Part shown: positions 1 to 7,768 of the stretch, one piece after another | Layout: each line of letters begins with the position of its first letter | Position numbering within the stretch: the stretch's first letter is position 1 | NCBI GenBank assembly: GCA_963840035.1 | Contig: CAWIXE010000002.1 | Location: forward strand, 1,280,001 to 1,344,000 | Origin: a candidate division FCPU426 bacterium | GTDB taxonomy: Bacteria > Oederibacteriota > PGYV01 > Palsa-1178 | Length of the DNA: 64,000 nt | Direction of reading: 5' to 3' | Translations under genes and position numbers: made by a program | The notes under the pieces: generated by a model | Databases searched by the model: none | What the model saw: only the letters and a program-made list of their open reading frames with translations | What the model was told of the DNA's origin: nothing

Positions 1-825
1 GGGTCAACAAAAACATCAGGCCCATTTGGCATGGAAATACCCGTCATGGGCGACCTTGGCGACCAGCAGGCAGCGCTTTTCGGCCAGACATGCTTTGAAA
101 AAGGCATGGCAAAAAATACATACGGTACAGGATGCTTCCTTCTGTTAAATACCGGTGAGAAGCCGGTATTTTCAAAGAACGGATTGATAACCACAGCCGG
201 TTATAAAATCGGGGATTCCCCTGCTGTATACGCCCTTGAAGGTTCTATCGCGGTAGCAGGAGCGCTTGTGCAGTGGTTCCGCGACAAACTCGGCATAATC
301 ACCTCAGCACCTGAGATAAATTCCCTTGCTTCTAAAGTTGAAGACAACGGCGGAGTTTACTTTGTCCCCGCATTCTCCGGCCTCTTTGCCCCCTACTGGC
401 GCTCTGACGCGAGAGGCTTGTTAATAGGCTTAACGCACTTTACAGGCAAGGAACATATCGCGCGCGCCGTACTTGAAGCTGTTGACTTCCAGGCAAGGGA
501 AATTTTCGAAGCCATGGCAAAGGACTCGGGAATAAAACTCACCACCCTTAAAGTAGACGGCGGCATGACAGCCAGCGAACTGTTAATGCAGTTCCAGGCG
601 GACATACTCAACGTAACAGTCGCAAGGCCCAAGGTTGCGGAAACCACAGCCTTAGGCGCCGCGTACGCGGCAGGCCTGGCTGCAGGGTTCTGGAAGGATC
701 AGGATGAATTAAAAAAGAACTGGATACTTTCAAAGGAATGGAAACCGCAGATGCCCGAGGAAAAACGGGAGAAATATTTTAAACAATGGAAAAAGGCAGT
801 TTCTAGGTCCATGGCCTGGATGTAG
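1..825 (+). CDS. glpK: Glycerol kinase, C-terminal part (5' end outside window)
   Basis: FGGY kinase motifs [57 protein letters not shown]. The stop TAG (823-825) lies inside a GTAG REP. Confidence 0.95.
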   Translation, partial: GSTKTSGPFGMEIPVMGDLGDQQAALFGQTCFEKGMAKNTYGTGCFLLLNTGEKPVFSKNGLITTAGYKIGDSPAVYALEGSIAVAGALVQWFRDKLGIITSAPEINSLASKVEDNGGVYFVPAFSGLFAPYWRSDARGLLIGLTHFTGKEHIARAVLEAVDFQAREIFEAMAKDSGIKLTTLKVDGGMTASELLMQFQADILNVTVARPKVAETTALGAAYAAGLAAGFWKDQDELKKNWILSKEWKPQMPEEKREKYFKQWKKAVSRSMAWM

Positions 826-992
826 GGGACGCGCTCCTGCGCGTCCCGCCAAGCTTTGGAACGCGGCTTTAAGATCTAATACCATGCTGACAGCACTTGT
901 AGGGGACGCGCTCCTGCGCGTCCCGCCAATGCTTTAGAACGCGGCTTTAAGATCTAATACCATGCGGACAGCGCGGGAGCGCTGTCCCTACA
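821..992. repeat. GTAG-REP cluster: two ~77-bp tandem direct units (starting 821 and 898) plus an inverted REP (966-991)
   Basis: tgtaggggacgcgctcctgcgcgtcccgccaa(t)gcttt(g/a)gaacgcggctttaagatctaataccatgc occurs twice, followed by ggacagcgcgggagcgctgtccctac. Confidence 0.85.
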
Positions 993-1003
993 AAGGAAAA
1001 AAA

Positions 1004-2482
1004 ATGAAAAACAAGTACGACATCATCATAATAGGTTCCGGCATTGTTGGTTCCCTTGTTGCCCGCTATCTGTCCCGTTATGAGCTGTCTGTGCTTGTCA
1101 TTGAAAAAGAAATAGACGTCGGCATGTGCCCTTCTTCCGCAAACTCAGCCATCATACACGCGGGTTATGACCCGCTTCCGGGAACCTTGAAGGCAAAAAT
1201 GAATGCCGAAGGCAATAAAACATGGCATAAACTCGCGCCCGAGCTTGGCATTATTTATGAAAAAACAGGCAGCCTTGTAGTTGCCGTAGGTGATAACGAA
1301 CTTCCCCACCTGAAAGAACTCTATGACCGCGGCATTGCAAATAACATCCCCGGAATCGCTTTAATAGGCAAAGAAGAACTCATAAAACGCGAGCCCATGA
1401 TAAACCCGGAAGCTTCAGGCGCGCTCTGGGCGCCTTCCGCCGCTGTCATTGACCCTTTTGGCGCTGTCCTTGCCGCTGCCGAGAACGCCGTGGAAAACGG
1501 CGTCACTTACCTCTTTGAAACCGAATTTTTAGAATTTATTCTTGGTAGGGACAGCGCTCCCGCGCTGTCCGCACGGGTCATAGGCGTTAAAACCACAAAA
1601 GGCGATTTCTTCGCCAAGTGGTGCGTCAATTCAGCGGGCTTGTATTCAGACGAGGTCAGCCATAAAGCGGGTATAAGAAACGAATTCGTAATCACCCCCC
1701 GCAAAGGCAGCTACCTTATATTTGACCCGGCCGCGGTACACCTGAACAACGTGATATTCCCTGTTCCTTCTGATAAAGGCAAAGGAATACTTGTATCCAC
1801 AACCACACACGGCAATGTCCTCATAGGCCCGAATAATGAACCCTGCGGGAACAAAGAAGACTCATCCACTACAGCCGCCGGTTTTGAAGAAGTATTTAAC
1901 GGCGCGAAAAAGCTGGTCCCGTCGCTTGCCTTAAAGAACGTTATTGCCTCCTACAGCGGCATCAGGGCCACAGGCAACCACGTGAAAGTAAGAGACTATA
2001 TAATAGAAACTCCAGCCGAAGTTAAAGGCTTTATCAACATATGCGGCATTGAATCCCCCGGCTTCGCGTCAGCCCCGGCTATCGCTTTATACGTTGTGGA
2101 ACTGCTAAAGGCGCAGGGCGAGATTCTAAATGAGAAACCGGACTGGAACCCTGTAAGGAAACCAAAGGTCCACTTCCATATGCTTTCAAACGCTGAAAAA
2201 GCCGAACTTATAAGGTCCAATCCCTCTTATGGCAGGATTGTATGCCGCTGTGAGGAAATAACTGAAGGCGAGATTTTAGACGCCATCCACTCCAATATCC
2301 CTGCCCGCACATACGATGGCATCAAACGCAGGACATGGCTGGGCACAGGCAGGTGCCAGGGGGCGTTTGATTATCCAAGGGTAATACAGATACTCGCGAA
2401 GGAACTCGGAATACCTGAGACAGAAGTCACAAAGAAGGGCAAAGGAAGCGAGCTGGTATTTAGAAGAACAAAACAACTGTAA
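1004..2482 (+). CDS. FAD-dependent oxidoreductase (glycerol-3-phosphate dehydrogenase GlpA/LhgO-like) with C-terminal BFD-like [2Fe-2S] domain
   Basis: GSGIVG Rossmann motif, SSANSAIIHAG, GIESPG, C-terminal VCRCEE...GRCQG; follows glpK. Start moved to ATG 1004, after AAAGGA. Confidence 0.85.
   Translation: MKNKYDIIIIGSGIVGSLVARYLSRYELSVLVIEKEIDVGMCPSSANSAIIHAGYDPLPGTLKAKMNAEGNKTWHKLAPELGIIYEKTGSLVVAVGDNELPHLKELYDRGIANNIPGIALIGKEELIKREPMINPEASGALWAPSAAVIDPFGAVLAAAENAVENGVTYLFETEFLEFILGRDSAPALSARVIGVKTTKGDFFAKWCVNSAGLYSDEVSHKAGIRNEFVITPRKGSYLIFDPAAVHLNNVIFPVPSDKGKGILVSTTTHGNVLIGPNNEPCGNKEDSSTTAAGFEEVFNGAKKLVPSLALKNVIASYSGIRATGNHVKVRDYIIETPAEVKGFINICGIESPGFASAPAIALYVVELLKAQGEILNEKPDWNPVRKPKVHFHMLSNAEKAELIRSNPSYGRIVCRCEEITEGEILDAIHSNIPARTYDGIKRRTWLGTGRCQGAFDYPRVIQILAKELGIPETEVTKKGKGSELVFRRTKQL
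1545..1573 (+). repeat. GTAG REP located inside the coding sequence
   Basis: gtagggacagcgctcccgcgctgtccgca is the exact reverse complement of 963-991. Confidence 0.9.
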
Positions 2483-2515
2483 CGTCGGCTTTGCAGCCAC
2501 TTTACAACAGTTTTT

Positions 2516-2603
2516 GTAGAGAGGGGGCTTGCCCCCTCTCAGCGCTGGCTCAAACAACCGGTTTATAAACCCGGCGTAGAGAGGGGGCAAGCCCCCTCTC
2601 TAC
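2516..2603. repeat. GTAG-REP pair (GTAGAGAGGGGGC..GCCCCCTCTC)
   Basis: Palindromic copies at 2516-2540 and 2576-2603. Confidence 0.85.
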
Positions 2604-2637
2604 AGTAGTTATAAAAATTTGATAAAAAGGAATACCC

Positions 2638-3987
2638 ATGAACAAAACGTACGACGTAATAATAATCGGCGCCGGGCCGGCTGGCCTTGCAGCCGCCATA
2701 GAGGCTAAAAATACAGGGGCAAAAGACGTGCTCATCATTGAGCGAAATGACGAGCCCGGAGGCATACTTCCCCAGTGCATACATAATGGCTTTGGCTCGG
2801 TCATATTTAAAAAAGACCTTCCCGGGCCTTTATACGCGCACAACTTCATTCAAGAGGCAAAGGCAGCCGGGGTTGAAATGCTTCTTGATACAATGGTCCT
2901 GGATATAAACCCTGCGCGCCGCATTTCAGCTACAAATAAGCAGCTTGGCTTTATCGAACTTGACGCAAAAGCCGTCATCCTTGCCATGGGGTGCCGCGAG
3001 CGCACGCGCGCGCAGATACGTATACCAGGCGAGAGGCCAGCGGGTGTTTATACCGCCGGCATGGTACAACGGCTGGTCAATATCGAAGGTCTTATGCCGG
3101 GCAAAAACTTCGTTATATTGGGCTCCGGTGATATCGGCATGATAATGGCAAGAAGACTGACTCTGGAAGGCGCTAATGTACTTAAGGTTGTAGAGCTTAT
3201 GCCCTATCTGACCGGCCTGCGCAGGAATTATGTTCAGTGCCTGCAGGACTTTTCCATCCCCCTTTCGCTTTCAACAACCATAAAAAAAATAATCGGAAAA
3301 AGCCGCGTCGAAGCCGTCGAGACCGTAAAGGTGGATGAATCATTAAGGCCAATCGCCGGCACTGAAGAGATTATACCTTGCGACACGCTTTTATTATCCG
3401 TAGGGCTTATCCCTGAAAACGAACTTTCCAAGAAAGCAGGCGTAATTCTCGACCCTCTGACAGGCGGTCCGATTGTGGATGAGAACATGGCCACAAACGT
3501 CCCCGGCATATTTGCCGCGGGTAACGTGGTAACTATTTACGACCTCGCGGATTATGTCTCCAAAGCCGGCATGATAGCGGGCAAAAACGCGGCAATGTAC
3601 GCGTCGGGAAAAAACACAGTAAAAAAATATACGGAATTAAAGCCAGGTGACGGAGTAAGGACTGTTGTGCCCCAGAGAATCAACGTAGAGACGCCACCCG
3701 TGGGCGTCTCCGGGCCTGCTGAGACGGGCACGGGTCCCGTCTCTACGGAGCTATTACTTGAACTCCGCGTAACCCGCGAGTTCCCCTCGGCTGTAATGGT
3801 TGAGATTGTAGACGGCGATAAGGTCATATTTTCCCACAGGGAAAAATACGCCCGCCCCGCGGAAATGATAACAATAAAGGCCAAGACCGAGGATTTTCTT
3901 TCAAAAATCAGCAAAGACTCTAATGGATTGACTGTACGCATAACGCCAGCGCATAATCCCATGACACAAGACTCAGTACCCAGGTAG
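2638..3987 (+). CDS. NAD(P)/FAD-dependent pyridine nucleotide-disulfide oxidoreductase, partner of the GlpA-like protein
   Basis: GAGPAGLAAA, GGILPQCIHNGFG, AMGCRER, GSGDIG, CDTLLLSVGLIPENEL, GIFAAGNV. Confidence 0.85.
   Translation: MNKTYDVIIIGAGPAGLAAAIEAKNTGAKDVLIIERNDEPGGILPQCIHNGFGSVIFKKDLPGPLYAHNFIQEAKAAGVEMLLDTMVLDINPARRISATNKQLGFIELDAKAVILAMGCRERTRAQIRIPGERPAGVYTAGMVQRLVNIEGLMPGKNFVILGSGDIGMIMARRLTLEGANVLKVVELMPYLTGLRRNYVQCLQDFSIPLSLSTTIKKIIGKSRVEAVETVKVDESLRPIAGTEEIIPCDTLLLSVGLIPENELSKKAGVILDPLTGGPIVDENMATNVPGIFAAGNVVTIYDLADYVSKAGMIAGKNAAMYASGKNTVKKYTELKPGDGVRTVVPQRINVETPPVGVSGPAETGTGPVSTELLLELRVTREFPSAVMVEIVDGDKVIFSHREKYARPAEMITIKAKTEDFLSKISKDSNGLTVRITPAHNPMTQDSVPR
3684..3747. repeat. 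Inverted GTAG-REP doublet (REPIN-like) located inside the coding sequence
   Basis: cgtagagacgccacccgtgggcgtctc, 10-nt spacer, gagacgggcacgggtcccgtctctacg. Confidence 0.9.
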
Positions 3988-4042
3988 ACAACCTGGGTCA
4001 TGGGTCTTGAGCCTTGAGACCGCTTTTACCGGAGGTTTATTC

Positions 4043-4402
4043 ATGCAACGCAAGTACATTTGTATCCGCTGTCCTCAGGGCTGTGAAGTCACAACCACGC
4101 TTGACGGCAACGGCGCCATAACAGAAATTACAGGCAATTCCTGCAAACTTGGGATTGATTATGTAAAAGCCGAGTCCACTGACCCGCGCCGCACTCTTAC
4201 AACCACAGTCATGGTGGAAGGCGGGCGCCATCCCCTGTGCCCCGTGTGGACGGAAAAACCCATACCAAAGGATAAGATATTGAAGGCCGCGGATGAATTA
4301 AGGGGCATAAAATTAAAGGCGCCTGTCATGGCAAACCAGATAATACTGGAAAATATCGCGGGGACGGGAATAAATGTGATTGCCAGTACGGACATTGGCT
4401 GA
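4043..4402 (+). CDS. DUF1667-like CxxC small metal-binding protein of glycerol operons
   Basis: CIRCPQGC...GNSCKLG...PRRTLTTTV. GGAGG RBS precedes ATG 4043. Confidence 0.8.
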   Translation: MQRKYICIRCPQGCEVTTTLDGNGAITEITGNSCKLGIDYVKAESTDPRRTLTTTVMVEGGRHPLCPVWTEKPIPKDKILKAADELRGIKLKAPVMANQIILENIAGTGINVIASTDIG

Positions 4403-4507
4403 TTCTAAATTCTAGATTCCGGATTCTGGATTACAATCAAATACCAAATAAAACAACACCGCATTTCCCCGCATCAATCCAGAATCTAGAATTCAGAATC
4501 CAGAATC
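4401..4507. repeat. Inverted heptamer arrays (GATTCTR / CAGAATC) between convergent genes
   Basis: 4401-4432 gattcta aattcta gattccg gattctg; 4476-4507 cagaatc tagaatt cagaatc cagaatc. Confidence 0.8.
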
Positions 4508-5304
4508 TTCTTAACCCACTTATAAAGGTCCGAAAAAACCTCATTCCTGTTCTTCTCTATGGAGAGCGCGTGGTATGAGTCGTGGTATAGGTGCAGTTCT
4601 TTTTTTGCCTTTATTTTATCAAACAGCATGAGGTTGTACTTTGTATCCCCCAGCATATCCTTTCCTGCCAGCAGGAAGAGTACCGGTATGTGAATCCTTC
4701 CTTCTGTCAGGGAAACCTTTAACTCCCTTAATAATATCTGAACAAGCAGCCCTGCCGACGCCAGCCTGTGTTCCCTTTTATCAGCCTTAATTTTCTTTAC
4801 GACCGCATTATCTCTGGTGAGTTCCTCTGCGGTAAACGGCATATGAATCGCCTTTGACGGATTGAACATCCCGGTAATTGCCACATTTGCCCTTTTTGCG
4901 AGGCTCATTTTCATAACATCCTTATAAACAGGGGCGATCTCTATCAGGCCCTTATATCCGCTGTCAAAATCAAGGACTGTCATGTGAGCGATAAGCGCAC
5001 CCATTGATTCTCCGGCGATGAATACCGGAACTCCCTTATTTTCAGCCTTTATTATCCCCTTTAATACGGCGATGTCCTTGCTGTATATATCCATTGAATC
5101 AACATGACCCGGCTTATCCCCGGAAATCTCCCCAAATCCGCGCAGGGCTATGGCGTATACCGCTATTTTTTTTGCTTTCAGGTATTTTGCCATAAAATCC
5201 CAGCGTTCCGAGTGCGCGCCCATTCCGTGTACGGCAAGTATGACCGCGGCCGCTTTCTTTACGGGCCATTTCCTGAAGCAGATGCCTTCCTGTTTAATAA
5301 GCAT
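4486..5304 (-). CDS. Alpha/beta hydrolase, lysophospholipase/monoacylglycerol lipase-like
   Basis: VHGMGAHSERW, LRGFG, nucleophile elbow GESMG, C-terminal YHAL. Confidence 0.85.
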   Translation of the reverse strand: MLIKQEGICFRKWPVKKAAAVILAVHGMGAHSERWDFMAKYLKAKKIAVYAIALRGFGEISGDKPGHVDSMDIYSKDIAVLKGIIKAENKGVPVFIAGESMGALIAHMTVLDFDSGYKGLIEIAPVYKDVMKMSLAKRANVAITGMFNPSKAIHMPFTAEELTRDNAVVKKIKADKREHRLASAGLLVQILLRELKVSLTEGRIHIPVLFLLAGKDMLGDTKYNLMLFDKIKAKKELHLYHDSYHALSIEKNRNEVFSDLYKWVKKILDSEF

Positions 5305-5316
5305 AAGACCCTCCCA

Positions 5317-5688
5317 TTATGGCTGTTGTACCAGCCAGTCAAGAGCTTCGTCCCTTGTTGATTTGGTGACAAGATTCTTCCTTCCGGAAAACATCAGGAT
5401 TGCCTTTAGCAGCGCTTCCTTAATTCCGGTCGCGCCCACTATAGCAGAGACTTTCATGTAAGGCTTGTTATGAAGGGCCATTTCTTTTAAAGCTTTAATA
5501 ATGTCGGAATCGTAAGGGCTGCCGCTTATGTCCACGATCCCAAGCGTTGACATGTCCGGCTTCCTTGTTTCAGCAAGCACTTTTACATCCTCAACCGTTT
5601 TAAGCACAGCCTCTTTGTCGGGAGTGTTGGTAAAATCCATTAAAAGCACTTCTTTCCCTTTATGAGTGATTATCGACGCTTTTGACAT
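5317..5688 (-). CDS. Small STAS/SpoIIAA-like hypothetical protein
   Basis: 123 aa with alpha/beta pattern (LLMDFT, GIVDIS, SAIVGATG) and C-terminal TRDEALDWL typical of SpoIIAA-like folds. Confidence 0.55.
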   Translation of the reverse strand: MSKASIITHKGKEVLLMDFTNTPDKEAVLKTVEDVKVLAETRKPDMSTLGIVDISGSPYDSDIIKALKEMALHNKPYMKVSAIVGATGIKEALLKAILMFSGRKNLVTKSTRDEALDWLVQQP

Positions 5689-5827
5689 ATCCGCCCCCTG
5701 TTTCCTTTATTGTATTAAAGCCATATCCGTGCAGTCCCTCTTTTTCCTTGGGTTTTTGGGGCCCGGCACATCCGGTCAATGATATGAAAACCGCAAATAT
5801 AAAGAGCGCTTTTAGTATTTTATTCAT
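5660..5827 (-). CDS. Small lipoprotein, 55 aa (not in ORF track)
   Basis: Manual translation: MNKILKALFIFAVFISLTGCAGPQKPKEKEGLHGYGFNTIKETGGGYVKSVDNHS. Lipobox LTGC, GGGG RBS, upstream TGgTATAAT. Confidence 0.7.
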   Translation of the reverse strand: MNKILKALFIFAVFISLTGCAGPQKPKEKEGLHGYGFNTIKETGGGYVKSVDNHS

Positions 5828-5890
5828 AATTACCCCGCGTTAAGAATAATACGTTACAAACATATTATACCACAATCCGGGCAAAAAAAT

Positions 5891-6127
5891 AGGGCGGGGG
5901 TTATAATCGATATTGTAAACAATAGTGTGTAAACTCACTTTGGCCTTTAAATATGTTTGTTTTCATTAGAAACGGCTTTCACCCCTCTCCTCTTAGGAGA
6001 GGGGCAGGGGTGAGGTGAAACCAATTGTCTTATTCCCCTCACCCTACCCTCTCCCAAATGGGAGAGGGATAAAAGAACAAATCAATTTACACACAATTAA
6101 TGACAGTATCGTTATAATCCCCGCCCT
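5891..6127. mobile_element. MITE-like ~237-bp nested imperfect palindrome
   Basis: Outer inverted repeats agggcgggggttataatcgatattgt / acagtatcgttataatccccgccct; inner CCCTCTCC..GGAGAGGG hairpins at about 5979-6016 and 6035-6069. Confidence 0.55.
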
Positions 6128-6142
6128 GTTAAGATTCTTATA

Positions 6143-7657
6143 TCAGGAAACAAATAGGCTGTTCGATGAAAAATTCGCATCAGCAGTTAAATTAACTCCG
6201 AGCCTTTTTAACCCCATCTCATCCCCCGGGGTCGGTATGTGCGTTATATGCATCTCGCATCCGCTTAAGTCCTTAAGTTTTTCCATGGCAAGCTGGGCCG
6301 TAGGGCTCTGCGTGGCGCTGATACTGAGTGCGATAAGCGTCTCCTCAAGGTCAAGGCTGACTGTTTTTTTGCCGAAGATGTCTTTTTTAAATTTGCCTAT
6401 GGCTTCTATTATATTCGGCGCCAGAAGGTGTATCTTATCAGGCACTTCAGCCATGTGTTTTATGGCGTTGAGAATAAGGCTTGAAGTAGCGTGCATGGTC
6501 ATGGAATTTTTTCCCGTGATTATGGTCCCGTCCTTGAGCTCCAGGGCTGCGCCGCAAAAAATCCCGTCATTTCCCTTCCCTGATTTTTCAAGGTCTGAAG
6601 CGGCTTTCCTGGACGGCAGGACAACCTTCCTGTCCTCTTCCTTTACTCCCAGTTCTTCCATTAAGAGCTCGCACCTCTGGGCTGATTCCTCATCCACCAG
6701 CCCCACCAGGTACTCGCATTTATACCTGAAATGCCTGCGTATGACTTCCTGGTTTGCCGCTTCCCTGCATGCCGCGTCATCAACAATGCCGAATCCTGCG
6801 CGGTTAACGCCCATGTCAGTGGGTGATTTATAAACGTCGCCGCCCATTATTTTTTTCAGTATCCTGCTTATTACCGGAAAGCACTCCACATCGCGGTTGT
6901 AATTGACCGATACCTGGTTATACGCTGTCATGTGGAAAGGGTCAATCAGGTTCACATCCTTTAAGTCCGCGGTCGCAGCCTCATAAGCGACATTAACCGG
7001 GTGTTTTAACGGCAGGTTCCATATGGGGAATGTCTCAAATTTGGCGTAACTCGACGAGATGCCCCTTTTATGGTCATGATAAAGCTGTGATAGACAGGTG
7101 GCAAGCTTTCCGCTGTTGGGCCCCGGTCCGGTTACAACAACGAGCGGTTTGTCCGTTTCTATGTAATCATTCGCCCCATAACCCTCGTCGCTGACAATTA
7201 AGTCCACGTCCGTGGGATATCCTTTTGTGTATTTATGCGTGTATACCTTTACCCCGCGCCTTTCCAGCTTTGTCTTGAAAAGCTGGGCAGCGGGCTGGCC
7301 TTCAAAACGCGTAATTACCACGCCTATAACGTCAAGGCCTTCTTCCTTAAGGTCATCAATGAGTTTCATCACATCCGCGTCATACGTGATGCCAAAATCC
7401 GCCCTGACTTTTTTTCTCTCAATGGCGCCGGCGTAAATGGCAATTAATATTCCGGCCTTGTCTTTTAGCTTCTGGAGCAGGCGGATTTTTACATTGGGGT
7501 CATACCCCGGCAGGACCCTCGCGGCGTGAAAGTCAAACATAAGCTTGCCGCCAAACTCAAGGTAAAGTTTGTTGTTGAATTTTTTTACGCGTTCAAGGAT
7601 ATACGAGGTCTGTTCGCTTAAATACTTGTCATTATCAAATGCCTTAATACCTTTCAT
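6143..7657 (-). CDS. DUF1846 (UPF0371) family protein
   Basis: KLYLEFGGKL, FHAARVLPG, GPGPNSGKLATCLSQLY, YAKFETFPIWNLPLKHPVNVAYEAATADL, SPTDMGVN. Confidence 0.9.
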   Translation of the reverse strand: MKGIKAFDNDKYLSEQTSYILERVKKFNNKLYLEFGGKLMFDFHAARVLPGYDPNVKIRLLQKLKDKAGILIAIYAGAIERKKVRADFGITYDADVMKLIDDLKEEGLDVIGVVITRFEGQPAAQLFKTKLERRGVKVYTHKYTKGYPTDVDLIVSDEGYGANDYIETDKPLVVVTGPGPNSGKLATCLSQLYHDHKRGISSSYAKFETFPIWNLPLKHPVNVAYEAATADLKDVNLIDPFHMTAYNQVSVNYNRDVECFPVISRILKKIMGGDVYKSPTDMGVNRAGFGIVDDAACREAANQEVIRRHFRYKCEYLVGLVDEESAQRCELLMEELGVKEEDRKVVLPSRKAASDLEKSGKGNDGIFCGAALELKDGTIITGKNSMTMHATSSLILNAIKHMAEVPDKIHLLAPNIIEAIGKFKKDIFGKKTVSLDLEETLIALSISATQSPTAQLAMEKLKDLSGCEMHITHIPTPGDEMGLKRLGVNLTADANFSSNSLFVS

Positions 7658-7735
7658 ATAACACCCCTTCTACACGGCGCAGGCACCCTTCCGACAGGGT
7701 AATGACGCCTTAAGCCGAAAATTTTTACTGAAAAA

Positions 7736-7764
7736 ATTATATCATTGCGCGATAATTAGGTCAA
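7736..7764 (-). promoter_or_regulatory. Sigma70-type promoter of the DUF1846 gene
   Basis: TTGACC-17 nt-TATAAT with extended TG on the minus strand. Confidence 0.7.
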
Positions 7765-7768
7765 ATTA

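Noticed and set aside
821..992. Possible mini CRISPR array
   Set aside because: Only two units, the would-be spacers are near-identical, the repeats are GTAG REPs, and no cas genes are present.
6015..6833. 272-aa plus-strand ORF and the many other antisense ORFs in the track
   Set aside because: They are shadows of well-supported genes on the opposite strand and have no motifs; this one starts inside a repeat.
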